Positions 13,731-28,180 of a stretch of DNA of 64,000 nucleotides are shown in pieces. The DNA comes from Eledone cirrhosa (taxonomy: Eukaryota). The DNA lies in the NCBI GenBank assembly GCA_964016885.1, contig OZ024744.1:90024001-90088000 (forward strand), given 5' to 3'. The notes under the pieces are model-generated. The model was not told the DNA's origin and did no database searches. It saw only the letters and a list, made by a program, of their open reading frames with translations. The position numbers and the translations under genes are program-made. Position 1 is the first letter of the stretch, and every line of letters starts with the position of its first letter.

Positions 13731-13769
13731 GTATATACACCTTTTGCTATCTTTTTAACTCGGTCTCTA

Positions 13770-13916
13770 TCTCTCCCTCTCTAGCCCCATCTCTCTCTCT
13801 CTTCTCTCACTCTCTCTACCACCTCTCTTTCTCTCTTCTCTCTCTTCTTTTCTCTCTCTCTCTTCTCTTTTCTTCTCCCTACCTGTCTTTATCTCTCTCT
13901 TCTCTTCTCTCGTCTC

Positions 13917-13991
<75 letters not shown>

Positions 13992-14108
13992 TCTCTCTTC
14001 TCTCTTCCCTCTCTCTCTTCCCTCTCTCTTTTCTTTCGCTTTCTCTTCTCTCTCGCTCTTCTATTCTCTCTCGCTCTTCTCTTCTCTCCCTCTCTTCTCT
14101 TTTCTTCT

Positions 14109-14154
<46 letters not shown>

Positions 14155-14182
14155 CTTCTTTCTCTTCTCTTTTATTTTCCCT

Positions 14183-14248
<66 letters not shown>

Positions 14249-14264
14249 TCTCTCTCTCGCTTCT

Positions 14265-14319
<55 letters not shown>

Positions 14320-14340
14320 TCCCTTCTCTTTCTCTCTCTC
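13770..14340. repeat. Degenerate (CT)n tract in an intron
   Basis: Seen directly in the sequence. Confidence 0.95.
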
Positions 14341-14408
14341 GTTTTTTTTTTTGTTTTGTTTTTTTGCATTTGAGATTTTTCTACATTTCTATTATTTTAT
14401 ACGTTTAG

Positions 14409-14512
14409 ATAACGTGGCGTATGCATTTAACGATTCTGTAAAAGTAAAGGAGTCGTTAGTATACCCTGTGGAATATGCATATGTTAAAGATGATTATTTA
14501 TATCTATACACA
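14409..14512 (+). CDS. Exon C of hemopexin-domain gene: DNVAYAFNDSVKVKESLVYPVEYAYVKDDYLYLYT
   Basis: tttag acceptor, gtaagt donor, 104 nt, phase 1/0; in frame with both neighbours. Confidence 0.82.
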
Positions 14513-14561
14513 GTAAGTCCTTTTTTTCTGTTAATTTGCTTGTCGTTATATGTCTTTATGT

Positions 14562-14697
14562 AGGCGGCAAATTGAATGCTTTGCGGTGTTCATTCCGACT
14601 CTCTGCTCTCTGAGTTCAAATCCCGTCGAGGTCAACTCTGCCTTTCATCCTTTTGAGGTCGATAAAAAAAAGTACCAGTCTAGTACTGGGGTCGATT
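14562..14697 (+). mobile_element. SINE family 2 fragment
   Basis: gagttcaaatcc...gcctttcatcc...gtcgataaa...gtaccag. Confidence 0.7.
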
Positions 14698-14856
14698 CTT
14701 CCTCTATATCTCTTTCTCGTTTCCTCTCTTCTACTTTCTATCTTTCTCTGGAAGAAAATCTGCTGTACTTAGGTCTGGAGAGGGATGGAGCTGCACCAGG
14801 CTTAAAATGCCCGAGAAATGCCGTATGTCTGTATGACATGTATGGTGTATATATTC

Positions 14857-14954
<98 letters not shown>

Positions 14955-14993
14955 GTATCTGTTATTATATATATAAATGTATATGTGTGTGCG

Positions 14994-15024
<31 letters not shown>

Positions 15025-15524
15025 AAGTTTTCTCGTTGAATTGCAGTGTGTTGTACGTGTTGATTAGTATGATTGAAAAATTATCAAGTCCAACAATGAA
15101 TTGAGGCAAACTGACAAGGAAACCAAACTGCCAGTTTTGATAGTTTTATTTGTACTATTGAATACGACGAAACCATGTTGCATAATAACACAACCCGAAT
15201 ACGTGGAGTGTTTCGTCAACAGTTGGCTAACTGTAGTGTCCAGAGATAAGAGTATTTTGTAGTGATATATTGGAATTTGGAGATGTTAGTTGAGACAAGA
15301 TATTATCTTGTGCGTAGCAGATTTATTGATCTAAGTAACCTCGCCCGGCTGTAGCAGTTCCTTTATCACCAGTGACTGCTGCTGTATCAGAGACCAGCTT
15401 GATTTGGCTTAAATACCTGAGAATTTCATGATAACCATTTCCAGTGTTGACGTTATTGTTATTTTGGTCTGCATTTCAATATCCACAGAGTTACTCGTGG
15501 TGATTTCACTAACAGACACACACG

Positions 15525-15690
15525 AAATTCACGAGGTTTTTAAAAATTCGTTGTAACGAAAAATTCTTAATAACGAGATTGACCGAAACACAAATAGAGC
15601 GTTTGTTTGTTATTACCTTGGGATTGTAAAAAAAAATTGTTATACTGAAAAATTCGTTATAATGGTATTCGCTATGACAAAATTTTACCT
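15525..15690. mobile_element. Tc1/mariner-pogo-type MITE, partial
   Basis: Homologous to 23420-23604, with internal cgttataacg-like repeats. Confidence 0.6.
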
Positions 15691-15856
15691 ATATATATAT
15701 GTATATGTATGTAGAGTTTGTGGTGCTGAGACCGAGGAGACCACTAATCATCGGAGTACTTGATACATGGGGAGATGCAGAGTGGGTACAGAGATATGTA
15801 AAATCTCGACCACGGCGCCCGGCCGAAACCGCTTGGGGCCGCGGTCGGGATTTTTC

Positions 15857-15937
<81 letters not shown>

Positions 15938-16126
15938 CCGCTTTCGCTCTTTCTCTCTAGCTATCTATCTATCTTTCATATATGTATACTTATATGTATA
16001 TATATACATATATATATGCATATATATATATATATATGTGTGTGTTTGTGTGTATGTACGCATGTGTGTGCGTATATATATATATGTATATATGTGTGTG
16101 TGTGTATATAGCTATATGTGAGTGTG

Positions 16127-16270
<144 letters not shown>

Positions 16271-16626
16271 GATAATTTAATATATCAACTAACATAGGCG
16301 CACAGATGCACGTCCATGCAAGCAAATACACAGGTTATGTCATAGTACCTAGGTGGTTCAATGCAGGAGGGTGCAGAACAATAATATAAAAGACGTAAAA
16401 TAAGAAAATATTTTTTAAAAAATTTTTTACTTACTTACTTAAATTTTCACTCCAACTAATTAGTTTATATATATATATATAAAACAGTTAATTTAAGAGG
16501 TCGATCACGATAAGTAATAATTGAAAAAAAATCAAGGAGATTATCAGCAGCTGCAGTAATAGCAGTATTTTTATTAGTAGTCTATTTGTAATTAATTAAT
16601 TATAGTTTCATTATTGTTCATGAATA

Positions 16627-16848
16627 GGATAGTGGATGGCAGAATCGGTAGAACGTCAGCCACTATGCTTCACAGCATAGAGTTACGGTCCTTTTCGGTC
16701 TGAGTTCAAATCCCGTCGAGATTAACTTTGCCTTTCATCCTTACGGGGTCGATAAAATAAAGCACCAGTAATACACTGGGGTCGATTTAATCGAGTTTTC
16801 CCTTCCCTAAAAAAATTGCTGCCCTTGTGCCCAAATTAGAAAACATTA
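16627..16848 (+). mobile_element. SINE family 2
   Basis: A box tggcagaatcgg, B box gagttcaaatcc, conserved body. Confidence 0.8.
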
Positions 16849-16926
16849 TCATTATGTTTGTTGTTGTTTTGTTTTGTTTTTAATGTTTACAATTACTACC
16901 AACTACTACAAATTATACTTCAACAG

Positions 16927-17072
16927 AAACCGAACTACAGATTTACAGTTGATGCTGCTGCTGCTACAATGACTATTACGGACCACAAAATTGGATGGCC
17001 CACTTATGATGACGATGTCACCTCAGCAACAACTTCAGCTACAGGAACGGTTCATTACTTTTCAAACAAAAA
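16927..17072 (+). CDS. Exon D of hemopexin-domain gene: KPNYRFTVDAAAATMTITDHKIGWPTYDDDVTSATTSATGTVHYFSNK
   Basis: caacag acceptor, gtaagt donor, 146 nt, phase 0/2; contains the IxxWP blade motif. Confidence 0.82.
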
Positions 17073-17463
17073 GTAAGTACAGATACGTATACGATATACA
17101 TCTCATTTACATACATTCCCCGATAAAAATACAACGAGTACACTCTGTAGGTTGAGTGTCTACTGTGTGCCTTTTATCGGAGTATCAGCACTTTGCCACA
17201 ACTAAAGAATGAGAAATAAATCATTTGCTAACGAAATGGTAAAAGCTTAACCATAGCGTAGAGAACCCTTATAATATGTATAATACATACACACACATAC
17301 ACACATACACACACATATATATAACTCTCTAGCCCACTAAATATTAACACTTCGAATATTTAATACTGCCGGCACTAGTATCGAGCACCTTTGACATACG
17401 CTACTTGGCAAATAACTATATGTATCACCTATCCCCCCTTTTTTTCTCTTTCTCGATACGTAA

Positions 17464-17514
<51 letters not shown>

Positions 17515-17714
17515 TATGTGTGTGAGAGAGAGAGAGCGGGAGAGAAAGAGAGTCCCGGGCAGTCGGGAGAAATCGCAGTAAGTGAAGTACTCAATACATT
17601 AGTAGAGTATATACTAAATTTCATTCGAAAGAAATCATCGGGAGAGCGGCTTTTCTTATGATTTTTTCGAATGAAACAGTTCTAGTCCTGTAGAAGCAGC
17701 CATTTCCATATTAA

Positions 17715-17809
<95 letters not shown>

Positions 17810-19460
17810 GAAAAATAACCACGTGAAACAAAGAACACAGAAAACTCAGAAAAGACGGCTACTGGAGAAGAAATCCACGGTACAAATCGGATGTTTTCAA
17901 GTCATTGAACATAGAAAACAAGTCGAAATATTCAGATACGATATGGGACGGGATAATTAATTGCTTTAATCAAAGACAGTTAAAATGCAACAGACATATC
18001 TGAGTAAGTAACCGTAGTCGGAGTTGAGAGATTAATACAAATTAGTTCAAGCAATGGCCTTGGAACTAATAATGACAATATACAAAGACGAGACGAAACA
18101 GAATGAACTGACTAGTTCGGTGGTCGAATAATAAAGGAAAAGGCTATGTAGCCAGTCCCGGTAAAATAGACTCCCAAGCTATTTAGTCGGAAAGAGTGTC
18201 AGACACCATGAGTTGATTAATATTGTATAATATTGAATACTTACAGCTTTTCTTCTATAGTCCAGTTCCTTGTGTATTTTCGTTCAAATTTTTTGGAGAT
18301 TTACTAAACTATACATTTTTGGAAACGTTAGGATGTATTGAACACAAAAATCAATGTTGCCATTTTTTAGGGTTCCGAACATGGCCGTCTTAGGGCTTCA
18401 AAATGGCGACCGTTTGAAATCTAAATTTACCAATATATCCACTTCCAAGCCATGTAGCCTTTTACTTTCAGTGGCTAAACTTACATTTTAAGGGGCCAGA
18501 AGTCTAGAGAATTAACATGAAGAAAGATTTTTTAAATAAAAATACTGGACACTTTGCTTTTGTCCATTTCACGATAAAATCAGTCATGACTTTTAACAGG
18601 CAGGAATATAAATTTGTGCACACTTTGTTATTGCCACTTTTAGAACGGAATCAGTCATAACCATGATATCAGTCATCACTCTCACTATCAGTATTACCTG
18701 AGTCAAGGTTTTCATAAACTCTTTCCGCATCATTTTCACACTGTGTGGTGCACAGGCAAAGGTCGGTGCACTGCAGATTCTTTGACCTGCAGGAACATCT
18801 TTGTGAGGAACAATCTCCCTTGCACTGGCATCTCACCATCTAAATTCTGTTATTCAGTTTATCTTATTAAGGTGTGCCCAGCAACGATGGGCTCTTTTGC
18901 TAGTACATATATATATAATACAAAATGAAAACCTAGGTTGTTATTCAAATTCCATCTTTAATTTCAACAATTGTTTCTATGGAGATAAATGCTGTGCCAG
19001 AACATAGAATCAATTAATTATGCAGTCAAATCATAAATGATAAATAATTTAAATGTCATTCAGACAAAATGCCCATTTCATCAGGAAAGAATAGATAGGT
19101 GAGTTGAGTTACTTAACAAACACATCACGAAGAATATAAATTAAAAAATATATAAAAAATTTCGAAAGATGACGAGAACAAAGCTATATATAAATTTCTG
19201 CGATTCTATCACAACACGTAAAGAGAGGAGAGTAGTTTGACTACCTCATACTACTCCTCCTCTTTACGTCTGCTGCCTGCGTGAATGTATGTGTGTGTAA
19301 AAGGAAGGAAGGGGACGGTGAAAAAACTACGATGTGTGAGTATGTGTGTGTGTATTTGTGCAAATGTATGTGTGTGTTTGTGTAAATGTATGTCTGTGAG
19401 TGTGTATTTCTATAATCGTGTCTGTGTTGCCACGTTTATATTTATATACTCATACATATA

Positions 19461-19605
19461 GTGAAGGCGCATGGCTTAGTGGTTAGAGCTTTGGGCTTGC
19501 AATCGAAAGGTTGTGAGTTCAATTCTCGGACTGGGTGATGTGTTGTTTCCTTGAACAAGACACTTTATTTCACGTTGCTCCAGTTTACTCAGCTGTAGAA
19601 ATGAG
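19461..19605 (+). mobile_element. tRNA-derived CORE-like SINE
   Basis: tggcttagtggtt A box, gagttcaattct B box, ccttgaacaagacactt. Confidence 0.8.
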
Positions 19606-20119
19606 ATAATAGGACTGGGGTCCCTATCATTAAATTACCCAAGCTACCTCTAACGAGATATACCTTGGAGGAGGCCTGCTAAATCTGCATAGGTGTGAGC
19701 TGTCACACACGCTCACACACACTCATATATATAAATGTATGCCTATGCACATACACACACGCACACACATAAACATAAACACATACGCGTTAGCGTATGG
19801 AAAAGAAATTCTAGTAAAAAAAGAATTGAACAAATGGTTTGCGTAAGCAGAAAATAGTGTATTGAAATAAGCACTAGAGGTGATGTTGCGCAGTAGAGAG
19901 GCATTTAGATGGCATACACGTCTTCCGGCGAAGGTCCGGAAATCGATTGATGGAGTTTATCATTCTTTTTTTCAATTTACATGGAAATTTGTATTTTTTT
20001 TTTTTTTTTTTGCATGTTCTCATTTCTACATATGTATGTATTATATGTGTGTGTGGGGGGGGGTGTCTCTGTGTGTGTGTGTGTATACATATATGCTTAT
20101 ACATAGAGAGAGATATATA

Positions 20120-20550
20120 GATATAAATTCAGCGAGAATCGCATTTCGGCGGGTAAAAAAAGCGAAACGAAACGCAAAAATCAGAGTTCTGCTGGCAAGC
20201 GCTCTATAGTTAAAAAACCAGACCTAAACAATATGTTAAAACGCCATACAAACTGAAAAAGTGGTTAAGAAAGCATTAACCACCTAAGCCAAAAAGCAAA
20301 TCAAGCTAAACAGGTCAAAACAAAATAAATGATAAAAAAACAGACCTGGACCCATTGGAATTGATGGTAAAATCCAAATGCAGCGTTTCTATGACACCTA
20401 AATCAATAACACTGTCTGCTTAAAACTATAAGCTTTAGGTATAATGATCGAACAAGGAATATCACGTTATCAACAGGTATTTTGCTCAGTACCAAGTTTG
20501 TGAATGACATAGAGCTTCGTAAAAGCACATGTGTATTCACAAGGGGAATT
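20120..20550 (-). mobile_element. Divergent relative of the 28599-29640 family, with UUGANAA-type HHR motif
   Basis: Colinear similarity (tcgcatttcggc, ggcaag.gctc, ggtaaaatcca, cctaaatcaa, gaacaaggaa, tcaacagg); motif at about 20369-20482. Confidence 0.7.
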
Positions 20551-20590
20551 TATATATATATATATTTATATATATATATAATTATATATA

Positions 20591-20640
<50 letters not shown>

Positions 20641-20645
<5 letters not shown>

Positions 20646-22988
20646 ATAATAATAAATTTGAAGAGTAAAATCCAAAGAGGGCTCGATAAGGATAAATATA
20701 TATCAATTATATAAGAACCGTAGAGCAAATATTTATTAAAATAACAGATTAAAGTTTAAGAAAAGAATCGCTGCTTTCACCCTTAACGGGATCTTCTGAA
20801 ACTAACAAAGTCAATCTGTAAACGTAGAACTGGATATTTCAAAAAAACGTTGCAACCGGAGGAAGACAGGAAGACGATACTTTGGTTCGTGTAAACGTTC
20901 GCTGGCAAAGAACGGAAAAAAACGAATATAATACGTCATTAATAGGAGCGGTGAAAAACAATTACGCGCAAAGACAGAACCACGTTTATGGTATAAAAGA
21001 GGTCGTAGACTAATGTTCTCTTAGGTGGTGCATAGAGACGTTCTCTGGCAATGAACGAAAAAACGAAGATAACACGTCATATGTGGAGCGTGGAGAACAA
21101 TAGCACGCAAAGACAATACCACGTAAATGGTATAGCAGAAGTCGTAGACTAAAATTCTAACAAGGAGACCAAATGAATCACCGCTACAGAGTTAAGAACA
21201 AAGTAAATAAATACAATACAGAAGTAATAGAAATAAATAAATACATACACGCAAACAAATACGTACATACACGAGCATACGCAAAAACTTACCATAGGTA
21301 TACAAAACCCCGCACATATAAATATGTGTGTGTGTGTATGCGTGTATACAAATAAATAAATAATTATATAAACATATATAAATAAATAAATACGTATATA
21401 ACAATCACACACACATACCTTCATATAAACACACGAATGTTCGGAGACGTAAGTCATCCAAAACATGAAGTACACATATACACACACCCGCCATACGTAC
21501 GAACCTGCATACTCACACAGACGCAAAACTCCCGTATACACATAGCCAAACCATATGTACCAGAATATATAAAATTATACGCCATACCAATCAAATATGC
21601 GTACGAGAAGGTATACGTACCTTCACAAAACATACGGGTAATATATACTTACCTATGCAAATAAGTAAAGGTATAAACAAAACATATACTTAGCTCCCAC
21701 ATCAAGACGTAAAATATCCACGTAAAGATCGTACTATCCGTTAGGGTATAACGTGGGGCTGTAATACAGGAAAGTTTTGTGCAATTTATGTTTACAAGCC
21801 GAAATTGCCTCAGATTTTTTGTTTAAGATGTGGTCTGTGGCGTAGAATATTTCCAGGGCCTCAGCGGCGCAGAGGTCACATGGTCTTTTATTTCCGTTAT
21901 ACGATCTAGCCCTAGCTAGGATCTCCCAGTGTAACTTATATTGGGTGTGGTTGTCTTTTAGACTCCAGATATAAGCTGAAAGTGACGTCATATTCCTTCT
22001 AAGAGGGTAACGAAAAGAATGGGTATGCATGTAAAGACGCTGCTTGAAACTATTGGCGGTTAACCCTATGTAGGCCCTACGGGACGTGGGTGTTACAACC
22101 TTACATTTGTAGACAATGTTACTAGAGAGGCATTTCCCGGATAGGGGGCAATCAGCCCGATTCCTGCAATTACAGTTAGTATTAACTACAGGGTTGCACG
22201 TGTTTCTACGGCTAGGTAGCTTAGCTAAATTTGAAGCTGTGATGTTATGTGCAAGGTTAGGAGTCGTAGAGTAAGAATTTTTAATAGTATTTCTATTAAA
22301 AATTTTACTATATTTATGTGTAAGGGGAAAATGCTTCGTAATAAGGGAGAGAAAGATCTTAGCTAATGGTGTGGCCACCTCCATATTATATGGTGGGTTA
22401 TACCAACAAATGCGACGGGGTCTATTACTTCTAGGTCTATTATCGTACTCTGTATATGCTACCTTATCGACAAATCCACTTCGAGCAAGAGCTTCATTGT
22501 AATAAGTGGAATGGTCGTTGAAAATACGTTCGTTGGTGGAAAGACGGGAAAGCCTCAACGAAACGTTTCTTACCAGGTTCTTGGTTATGCTGGCAGGATG
22601 GTTGGAATGCTTACTTATGTAATTAAGCGTATCATTCGGCTTTCTATACGAGTAATACAACCCATTCAATAAATTGAGGGTAACGTCCAGGTAATTAACG
22701 ACCGAGAGATTGGCCTCAACCTGTATAGAGAGGTTGAAGCCTTTAAAGAAGGCTGTGAGTTTTTTTCTGAACCTGTCGCAAGCACGAGGTCCGCACTTTG
22801 TCATGGTCAAAAGACCATCGTCACGGTACAAACCACCGCCCGCGTTGGGGAATTCGTCCTTGATAGAGAAAAGAAGGAAAAGGCCAATAAGATCAGTAAC
22901 CTCCGCAGAATCACTGGCGCCCATACTCACGTCGAATGGGGTACTATTGGATTTTTTAATCCAAATAGAGTCGTCGAAATTAATCACC

Positions 22989-22990
<2 letters not shown>
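20641..22990 (-). mobile_element. PLE-2: 5'-truncated Penelope-like element, probably Hydra clade, in (TA)n
   Basis: RT plus GIY-YIG ORF; 1.1-kb 3' UTR with an imperfect direct repeat (about 20897-21013 and 21040-21152); variant HHR-like CAGAAGA-tCCC gttaa GGGt-GAAAG near 20770-20800. Confidence 0.9.
21734..22990 (-). CDS. PLE RT / GIY-YIG endonuclease, 5'-truncated
   Basis: VSMGA.DSAE, YRDD, NYLDV, SNHP, WYNPP, CNC-x5-CPL-x3-C, IVY..YIG, CDLCAAE..ILN..CKH. The N-terminus shown in the track is read-through from microsatellite. Confidence 0.9.
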
Positions 22991-23023
<33 letters not shown>

Positions 23024-23153
23024 AAAGTTATATTTAAATTGTTGGGTTAACAACGAGTAAATATTTATAACTGATATAAAAGCACTCAACAAGTATTTGG
23101 AGTATATTTATGATATTAAATAAATGGAAACTATATTTATAAAACCATATTTA

Positions 23154-23215
23154 TTTCATTATATATATTTCAGGGATATCATATTAACAATATGTTATGC
23201 CTTCATCAGACAAAA
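23154..23215 (-). ncRNA. Type I hammerhead, family A
   Basis: Reverse complement: TTTTGT-CTGATGA-AGGcATaaCATATT gtt AATATGatATcCCT-GAAA-TATATA-TA-ATGAAA. Confidence 0.72.
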
Positions 23216-23335
23216 TACAATATAAACAGTCTTATAAATAAATAGATATGACATACCTTTCAATCGACTTGCATTTGGGAAGTTGATTTGGCAGTCTATA
23301 TATATATATATATATATATATAGTGAAATTTGGCA

Positions 23336-23419
<84 letters not shown>

Positions 23420-23424
<5 letters not shown>

Positions 23425-23604
23425 AATTCCCTTATAACGAGATGACGGGGTATTAAGAAAATTCGTTGTAACGAAAAATTCCTTATAACGAGATCGACCG
23501 AAACAAATTGAACGTTTGTTTGTTACTACCTCGGGGATTGAAAAAAATTTCGTTATACTGAAAAATTCGTTATATTGGTATTTGTTATAACGGAATTTGA
23601 CCTG
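23420..23604. mobile_element. Tc1/mariner-pogo-type MITE
   Basis: Imperfect TIRs agtgaaattcccttataac / gttataacggaatttgacctg, TA flanks; third copy at about 25822-25978. Confidence 0.65.
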
Positions 23605-23652
23605 TATATATATATGCATATGTATAAATATATATGTACATATATATATTTA

Positions 23653-23739
<87 letters not shown>

Positions 23740-23871
23740 AGATAAATATACCAAGAGTTAACGGTAGTGTCCAATCCGTATGAAGAACTCAATGTAATCC
23801 GGATATCATGGAAAGAAGAGATGCATTCAAAAATCACTTTCGGTGAAAGATAAACGGAATACAGAGTCAAG

Positions 23872-23908
<37 letters not shown>

Positions 23909-23937
23909 ACGTACATATGTATATATACACACACACG

Positions 23938-23978
<41 letters not shown>

Positions 23979-24019
23979 ATATAATATATTTATTAAAATA
24001 ACAGATTTATTATTATTAC

Positions 24020-24057
<38 letters not shown>

Positions 24058-24063
<6 letters not shown>

Positions 24064-24504
24064 ATACTTTGGGAGGGTCATATTGCCAATAAGAAACACA
24101 CGCACCAGTTGCTTTCACTTCAATTTATTATATATTTATAAATTTATAAATTTACAAACTTATAAATTTCTGGTTGGTTGGTTGGTTCCACAACCAGATA
24201 GTTGTTTATATATAGTCATAGTCCTTTCGTCACACACTCTGTGACCTCTTCAGTGACGAAAGTGTGTGACGAAAGGACTATGACTATATATAAACAACTA
24301 TCTGGTTGTGGAACCAACCAACCAACCAGAAATTTAAAAGTTTGTAAATTTATAAATTTATAAATTTATAAATATATAATAAATTGAAGTGAAAGCAACT
24401 GGTGCGTGTGTTTCTTATTGGCAACATGACCCTCCCAAAGTATAACAATATCGGTTTCAACACACGATTTCAGATAAAGAATCTTGCTAAACAAATTCAG
24501 AAAC

Positions 24505-24507
<3 letters not shown>
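24058..24507. mobile_element. Family E fold-back (about 190-bp arms)
   Basis: About 24058-24238 is inverted at 24261-24449; HHR on the minus strand at 24214-24257 (GTCA-CTGAAGA-gGTCACA gagtg TGTGAC-GAAAG ga CTA-TGAC). Confidence 0.82.
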
Positions 24508-24582
<75 letters not shown>

Positions 24583-24748
24583 CCAAAGATTAATATGGTT
24601 CGTTGATTACTCAACGAATACAATATTACAATAGATTATAATCACTCAACAAGAGATTTTCCTGGAGGGTTTAATATTATTCAAAATGTGCCAATACTGG
24701 AATTGAATAATCAAAACCGTAGCGGTATGTCACATATCAAATCATATA

Positions 24749-24807
24749 TTTTGTCTGATGAAAACGTACCTAAACACCGTTGTACCTTTGAAATATGTAT
24801 AATAAAA
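24749..24807 (+). ncRNA. Hammerhead-like motif related to family A
   Basis: TTTTGT-CTGATGA-weak stem II-GAAA-TATGTA-TA-ATAAAA. Confidence 0.55.
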
Positions 24808-24852
24808 TATATATTTTGATTATGAGAATATTTTTCATTTATTAACATTTTG

Positions 24853-24931
<79 letters not shown>

Positions 24932-25244
24932 GAGGGGGGCGTGCGTGCGTGAGTGTGTGTGTGTGCGTGTGTGTGTATATTGTATTATAGATACATATAC
25001 ATAATAATAATGATACTATTCATAGTTATGTATATACTATAAACAACTATAAAGAGGAAACGTCAGTAATTTATTACTACCTTATTACCTTATTAATTTG
25101 AATTATTGTACAATTCACGTATAATATATGTCGCATCCATTCCACCCTGTAAATACGAAACTGTTGTTCACAACATCAATATATATGTATCTATATGATT
25201 GTTTAGTTGAATTGGAGGTTAATTATATGTAAAAACATTACTAA

Positions 25245-25291
25245 TGCTCCGATGATTCCAAACGTAAGTTTGGAAGAAACGATTGTCAGCA
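25245..25291 (+). ncRNA. Hammerhead with U4C core change
   Basis: TGCT-CCGATGA-TTCCAAAC gtaa GTTTGGAA-GAAAC gatt GTC-AGCA. Confidence 0.7.
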
Positions 25292-25331
25292 ATAAAATGA
25301 TTTGAACATAACTTTGATAATTGTGTAATTT

Positions 25332-25368
<37 letters not shown>

Positions 25369-25485
25369 GGGTAATATTAAATATTATCCAATTACAAGTA
25401 TGAGAATAGCTCAATGTAAAATAACAAAAATATTACAGTACTTTATAAACATATATACATATATATATTCTTATATTTTGTGTAG

Positions 25486-25534
25486 GCGCTACCGAGAAGA
25501 GAATGGAGCACTGGTCATTGATTGTACAAGTTAA
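25486..25534 (+). CDS. Terminal coding exon of hemopexin-domain gene: (K)RYREENGALVIDCTS*
   Basis: ttttgtgtag acceptor, phase 2 matching exon D. Ends with a Cys just before the stop, as expected for the disulfide that closes a hemopexin propeller. Confidence 0.7.
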
Positions 25535-25977
25535 AGATTATATGAAATACAAGCTGCAGTCTTTCAACATATAGGTTTATATATATATATTAAAACAAAT
25601 ATATAAATGTGTGTGTGTGAAAAATATGCTTAAAATGGTGGTGATGATGGTTATTACATTTATTCATTATATATATATCAATGGTATTTTTTTGTGGGAG
25701 GAGCATTCTCAATAAAGAACAGACAGAACCGAAAGACTTGTTTATATACTTTCTTTTTATAGATATGCATATATGTATTTATATATGTTTGCGTGTGTGT
25801 GTGTGTAAATATAGAAATATACAGGTAAAATTCCGTTATAACGAATACCATTATAAAAAGTTTTTCAGTATAACGAAAATGTTTTCAATCCCCGGCCACA
25901 AACTTGATGTGTTTCGGTCGATCTCGTTATAAAGAATTTTTTTATACCTCGTGAATTTCATTATTACGGAATTTCGC

Positions 25978-26019
<42 letters not shown>

Positions 26020-26033
26020 TGTGTGTGTGTGTG

Positions 26034-26117
<84 letters not shown>

Positions 26118-26162
26118 GCAGTAAGAAACACAGTAAACCGTGTGTCTAATATTACAATTTTC

Positions 26163-26280
<118 letters not shown>

Positions 26281-26424
26281 TGTTTTGTTGTTACATTTTT
26301 TTTCTTTTTTTTTTCTCTTTTCCAATATTTTGAAACTTTTCTCAACTATCTTAAAGATTATATATGTTGTGCTTGCAAGTATACGCGTGCACTCACACAA
26401 ATATATATACATACATACACACAC

Positions 26425-26462
<38 letters not shown>

Positions 26463-26905
26463 TATATTATATTTTGAGAATAAACTCTCAGTCGTTTACA
26501 ATAATTAAGCTCCAAGAAAAGGGGCTTTTCCGAGCAGTTAAATACATTAAAATATATGATAAACACGAAATGTGAGATGTACTAATTTTACTGGATTCCT
26601 GTTGATAAGCACAGAAGATTTGAATATTTCACTTTTTATTTCTATTCCATTTCGATTCTCTTTATTTTTCAATTCACATACCACCGTTGCGAAACGGATT
26701 TAGGTTTCGAGGTTCAAATTCGTCTACGGAACAGGTTTGGATTTTGAAATTTAAATCTGTCCAGGAATCATGGCCGTTGCCAATATAAGCTTGTCTTTAT
26801 TGACTTATATCGAGACAGACAAATTGTATTCACTTTAATTAGTTTATTTCATTAATAGCTAACTTTGTCTGTTGCAATGTAAACACGTTTCGTGTTTATC
26901 ATATA

Positions 26906-26992
<87 letters not shown>

Positions 26993-26999
<7 letters not shown>

Positions 27000-28180
27000 T
27001 ATAGAGAAAAATACTGCAGGTAGCACATGGGTAACATGTAATAAAATAAGTCCCTCATCAGTGATTTGCCGAAGATCATAGATATTTCATTGCATTAAAA
27101 ATCATATATCTCACTTCGGTGCAATAATAACCAAAATAAGTTATTAGGACAATTAAAACGCGTAAAGCGAGTGAGACAGGAGAACAACAGAAAATATAGC
27201 ATACCGTAGGGGAGAAACAAGCTTCAAAAATTATTCTGTTTAGCGTAAACTAGGTGAATATATGAGCGCTTAGAGAATAGAACCTACACGAACGAGGGCT
27301 ATGAGCAGAGAGAGAAAAAATAGCGTTCGTGAGTGCAGGATGAAATGAAGAGAAGAGAGAGAAAAACAGTGAGTGAGTGAAAGTGTGAGGAAGAGTTAAC
27401 GGACAAGACAGAGGGGGAGAAACAGAGAGAATGGGGGAACAGTAAGAGAGAGAGAAAAAACACAGAATCGCAGTGGTAAATATATGTATTAAAATATAGA
27501 GAAAAATACTGCAGGTAGCACATGGGTAACATGTAATAAAATAAGTCCCTCATCAGTGATTTGCCGAAGATCATAGATATTTCATTGCATTAAAAATCAT
27601 ATATCTCACTTCGGTGCAATAATAACCAAAGTAAGTTATTAGGACAATTAAAACGCGTAAAGCGAGTGAGACAGGAGAACAACAGAAAATATAGCATACC
27701 GTAGGGGAGAAACAAGCTTCAAAAATTATTCTGTTTAGCGTAAGCTAGGTGAATATATGAGCGCTTAGAGAATAGAACCTACACGAACGAGGGCTATGAG
27801 CAGAGAGAGAAAAAATAGCGTTCGTGAGTGCAGGATGAAATGAAGAGAAGAGAGAGAAAAACAGTGAGTGAGTGAAAGTGTGAGGAAGAGTTAACGGACA
27901 AGACAGAGGGGGAGAAACAGAGAGAATGGGGGAACAGTAAGAGAGAGAGAAAAAACAGAATCGCAGTGGTAAATATATGTATTAAAATATAGAGAAAAAT
28001 ACTGCAGGTAGCACATGGGTAACATGTAATAAAATAAGTCCCTCATCAGTGATTTGCCGAAGATCATAGATATTTCATTGCATTAAAAATCATATATCTC
28101 ACTTCGGTGCAATAATAACCAAAGTAAGTTATTAGGACAATTAAAACGCGTAAAGCGAGTGAGACAGGAGAACAACAGAA
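26993..28180. repeat. Tandem repeat, about 494-bp unit, about 2.4 copies
   Basis: Units start at about 26993, 27488 and 27981 and are nearly identical; a diverged inverted relative lies at about 53740-53899. Confidence 0.9.

Noticed and set aside
13565-14563. 332-aa ORF as a single CDS
   Set aside because: It is two real exons joined by read-through of a stop-free (CT)n intron; splice sites are at 13730 and 14409.
18240-19140. Possible DNA transposon remnant (aaaatggcg motifs)
   Set aside because: No TIR pair or transposase motif could be identified.
19461-19535. tRNA genes at A/B-box sequences
   Set aside because: No cloverleaf closure; the sequence continues into SINE bodies found in several copies.
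22991-23092. N-terminus of the 452-aa ORF
   Set aside because: Reads through (TA)n into an unrelated family A insert; the PLE is 5'-truncated.
27040-27100. Type II hammerhead in the 494-bp repeat (GAAA..TA-TGAT/ATCA-CTGATGA on the minus strand)
   Set aside because: Stem II does not pair and the GAAA is not conserved in the homologue at about 53820.
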